DNA of 50,474 nt from an uncultured Candidatus Bathyarchaeia archaeon (GTDB taxonomy: Archaea > Thermoproteota > Bathyarchaeia > Bathyarchaeales > Bathycorpusculaceae): NCBI GenBank assembly GCA_964640475.1, contig CAZXGX010000001.1:1-50474 (forward strand), read 5' to 3'. Shown here piece after piece: positions 48,322 to 50,474 of the stretch. How positions within the stretch are numbered: the stretch's first letter is position 1; each line of letters starts with the position of its first letter. Under the pieces are notes generated by a model. The model made no database searches, was not told the origin of the DNA, and was given only the letters and a program-made list of their open reading frames with translations. Position numbers and translations under genes: made by a program.

Positions 48322-48987
48322 TCAGTCTTTTTCGACAAAACTAAAACTGCCATCCTTCGGATAGTACACCACATTAGAACAAAGTTTCACTTCTGAAAAC
48401 TGCTTGTATTTTCCCTTATACTCAGCAATTTTATCATCGATTTCCTGCTCGAATTTAGTCAATTCCTCATCGGTTCTGTTGGATTCTGCTAGCTTTAGTT
48501 CGGCTAGCATTTCTTCCTTCGAATATTTACCTATCATTTTTCGGCGGAGGGCGCCGCCAGCCATTTTACGGTAACTATAACCCTCATACAGGTAGGGGGC
48601 ACCCGAGAAGCCCATGCCTCTTAGAGCTTCAGCTACTGCGCTTGGAAGCACGTTCCAGTCTGGGTAAGGCAGGAACTCGTATGGTTCTGGTTTATCGTTT
48701 TTGCTTTTTGGTTTTGGGGTTCGCCAAATCCAAGGTTTATTATCAATAAGCTCAGAGATGCCAGAAGCGGATTCATTTTGTGGTTCTATAGAGGTTTTAA
48801 TCATTCCCTGAAGCGGCTCAAAGACATCGCCTTTACGGAGGAGAAAGCGAAGAGCATCCTGGTCTGGAACTTGTGCTGATTTAACCATCCCTAAACCGTT
48901 AGCTTTCTGTTCTTTCTGAAGCCATTTCAGTGTTTCTTTTCCGCGTTCTGAGATCGATTTTCCCGACATTTTTTCTGTTCGCTCCAT
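48322..48987 (-). CDS. hypothetical protein, possible N-terminal wHTH
   Basis: 221 aa ORF; ALRFLLRKGDVFEPLQGMIK resembles MCM/RPA-type C-terminal winged helices. Confidence 0.5.
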   Translation of the reverse strand: MERTEKMSGKSISERGKETLKWLQKEQKANGLGMVKSAQVPDQDALRFLLRKGDVFEPLQGMIKTSIEPQNESASGISELIDNKPWIWRTPKPKSKNDKPEPYEFLPYPDWNVLPSAVAEALRGMGFSGAPYLYEGYSYRKMAGGALRRKMIGKYSKEEMLAELKLAESNRTDEELTKFEQEIDDKIAEYKGKYKQFSEVKLCSNVVYYPKDGSFSFVEKD

Positions 48988-49302
48988 TTGCCATATAAAA
49001 TGTTGTAGGAATTTAAATTTGGTTACTCAGAGTAGCTTGGAATTTTGGTTGGCGATTAGATGCCTAAAGTAAATCTTGAAAGATAATTAGCATGCTAAGA
49101 TGCGACTTGGGAACTCGCCGTTTACTGTTAACTATGTCTTGGTTAGTTGGAATTATCTATGAAATGTTAAGGTGTGTACTGCAACTGATGTGGGAGCAGT
49201 TGCAGAAACGTCAGTAACGCCATCGCGGTTTTTGCTTGTGGTCAATTAGTTGCTGCTAGTGAATCCGGTTGCTCCCATTTCTTTTTTTGTAACTAAATTT
49301 TT

Positions 49303-49344
49303 AGTCAATAATTCTTGACTTATATTAGTCAAAAAAAATTGACG
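49303..49344 (+). promoter_or_regulatory. tandem AGTCAA-N6-TTGAC palindromes upstream of BRE/TATA
   Basis: AGTCAA-TAATTC-TTGACT (49303-49320) and AGTCAA-AAAAAA-TTGACG (49327-49344), then AGAAATC-TTATAT. Confidence 0.78.
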
Positions 49345-49393
49345 AGAAATCTTATATGCCTTTGGTAACTCCTCCGCAATTGATTGTGAGGTT

Positions 49394-50474
49394 ATGCAAA
49401 TGGGAAGTAAAAAGTTCGCTCTTGTTCTGCTCTTGACTTTCTTGATTGTATTGGTTTCTATTCCCTATTTTCCCGTAGTGGAAGCTAATCCTACTTCGAT
49501 GATTCCCAAAATGCCTGAACCAGCTTTTACCATAAGGACTGATGGAAGTATTGATCCTTCAACAGCACCCATTCGCAGGGACGGTGATATCTATACTTTA
49601 ACGGATAACATAGTTGGCTATACTATTATTGTAGAAAGAAACAACATTGTACTTGATGGGAACGGTTATTCTCTAAAAGGAAATGGTTTCTCAAGTGACA
49701 ACCCGTATGGGCAGGAACATCTGAACGCTGGATTATTCCTCATGAATCGACAAGGCGTAACAGTTAGGAATATGAAAATTAGTGGATTCTACGATGCTGT
49801 CTACCTGTTTAGTTATTTAGGTGGCTCTTCTAGTGGGAATCACTTAGAGAACAACGTGCTGACAGAAAATTATTATGGTATGTACGTGTTTAATTCTCAG
49901 TTAAATGTGCTGCGAAGCAACCAGATGAAAAATAACATACGTAACCTTTGTATTATCGATAACATTCAAGTCAGACCCGAACCCTCGAACTTGTACATAA
50001 ACGACATTGATTCATCCAACACAGTCGACGAGAAACCCGTTATATACTGGATAAATAAAAATGGTGAAACCATCCCCTCCAACGCTGGTTATGTCGCCCT
50101 CATAAACTGCACAAATATTGTTGTCAAAAGCTTGGAGTTATCTCACAACGGGCAAGGAATACTATTAAGTTCTACACCCAACCTGCAGATAATACAGAAC
50201 CATATAACAAATACGGATTCAGGCATTTTCCTTCACAAATCCTCAAACGTTAACGTTACTGAAAACAACCTAGAAAGCAATGGTGTCTGCATAAACGTTT
50301 ATGATTCTTCAGCAACCCAAATATTATCAAATAACCTGACGCGAAGCAAAAGTGGCATTTCTTTGGCTGGCGCACAGGACAGCGTCATTTATGGAAACAG
50401 TATTATTACTAACACGGGAGGTGGATTGTTTTTAAGTGTAGTTTCCAATTCTACAATTAAGCATAACGATGTAT
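49394..50474 (+). CDS. NosD/CASH beta-helix surface protein (3'-truncated; not in ORF track)
   Basis: MQMGSKKFALVLLL..VVEANPTSMIPKMPE..DGSIDPST..IVLDGNG..IDSSNTVDEKPVIYW; N-terminus paralogous to 30985-32076. Confidence 0.9.
   Translation, partial: MQMGSKKFALVLLLTFLIVLVSIPYFPVVEANPTSMIPKMPEPAFTIRTDGSIDPSTAPIRRDGDIYTLTDNIVGYTIIVERNNIVLDGNGYSLKGNGFSSDNPYGQEHLNAGLFLMNRQGVTVRNMKISGFYDAVYLFSYLGGSSSGNHLENNVLTENYYGMYVFNSQLNVLRSNQMKNNIRNLCIIDNIQVRPEPSNLYINDIDSSNTVDEKPVIYWINKNGETIPSNAGYVALINCTNIVVKSLELSHNGQGILLSSTPNLQIIQNHITNTDSGIFLHKSSNVNVTENNLESNGVCINVYDSSATQILSNNLTRSKSGISLAGAQDSVIYGNSIITNTGGGLFLSVVSNSTIKHNDV

Noticed and set aside
49030-49280. 9-bp hairpin CTGCAACTG/CAGTTGCAG (49179-49205) and minus-strand fragment ..GEFPSRIL.. 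suggesting an ncRNA or decayed PEF-CTERM gene
   Set aside because: Single short stem and multiple stops; not enough support for either call.

Overview
Archaeal chromosome segment. The gene set (aCPSF1, proteasome beta, G1PDH, Lsm-L37e, Alba domain, archaeal SepF, many NosD/Ig-like surface proteins) suggests Bathyarchaeia; the taxon is an inference. Order: 5'-truncated clpB; DUF2683/RelE toxin-antitoxin pair; an accessory block (2.8-13.4 kb) with a SNF2 helicase - Zn-finger protein - Mrr-like nuclease operon, several PH-like proteins, a tandem-YegP(DUF1508)-Alba fusion and a cytosolic 5'-nucleotidase; core housekeeping genes (13.5-24.6 kb); a ~10 kb co-oriented array of 10 secreted/membrane protein genes (26.55-36.2 kb); Lsm/rpl37e; a PQQ-type propeller; a complete pst/phoU locus; an AbrB-VapC module bracketed by a diverged duplicate of a gene 3' end; and a 3'-truncated NosD-type protein. 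The most striking feature is the surface-protein array. Its genes are joined by a recurring DNA junction containing AGTCAA-GGTTTC-TTGACT, share tails conserved at the DNA level across different reading frames, and the array is bounded by partial copies of the junction. This looks like a cassette-accretion or shuffling system, although a transcription-factor regulon amplified by duplication is an alternative. No recombinase, tRNA, rRNA or CRISPR array was recognised in the window.
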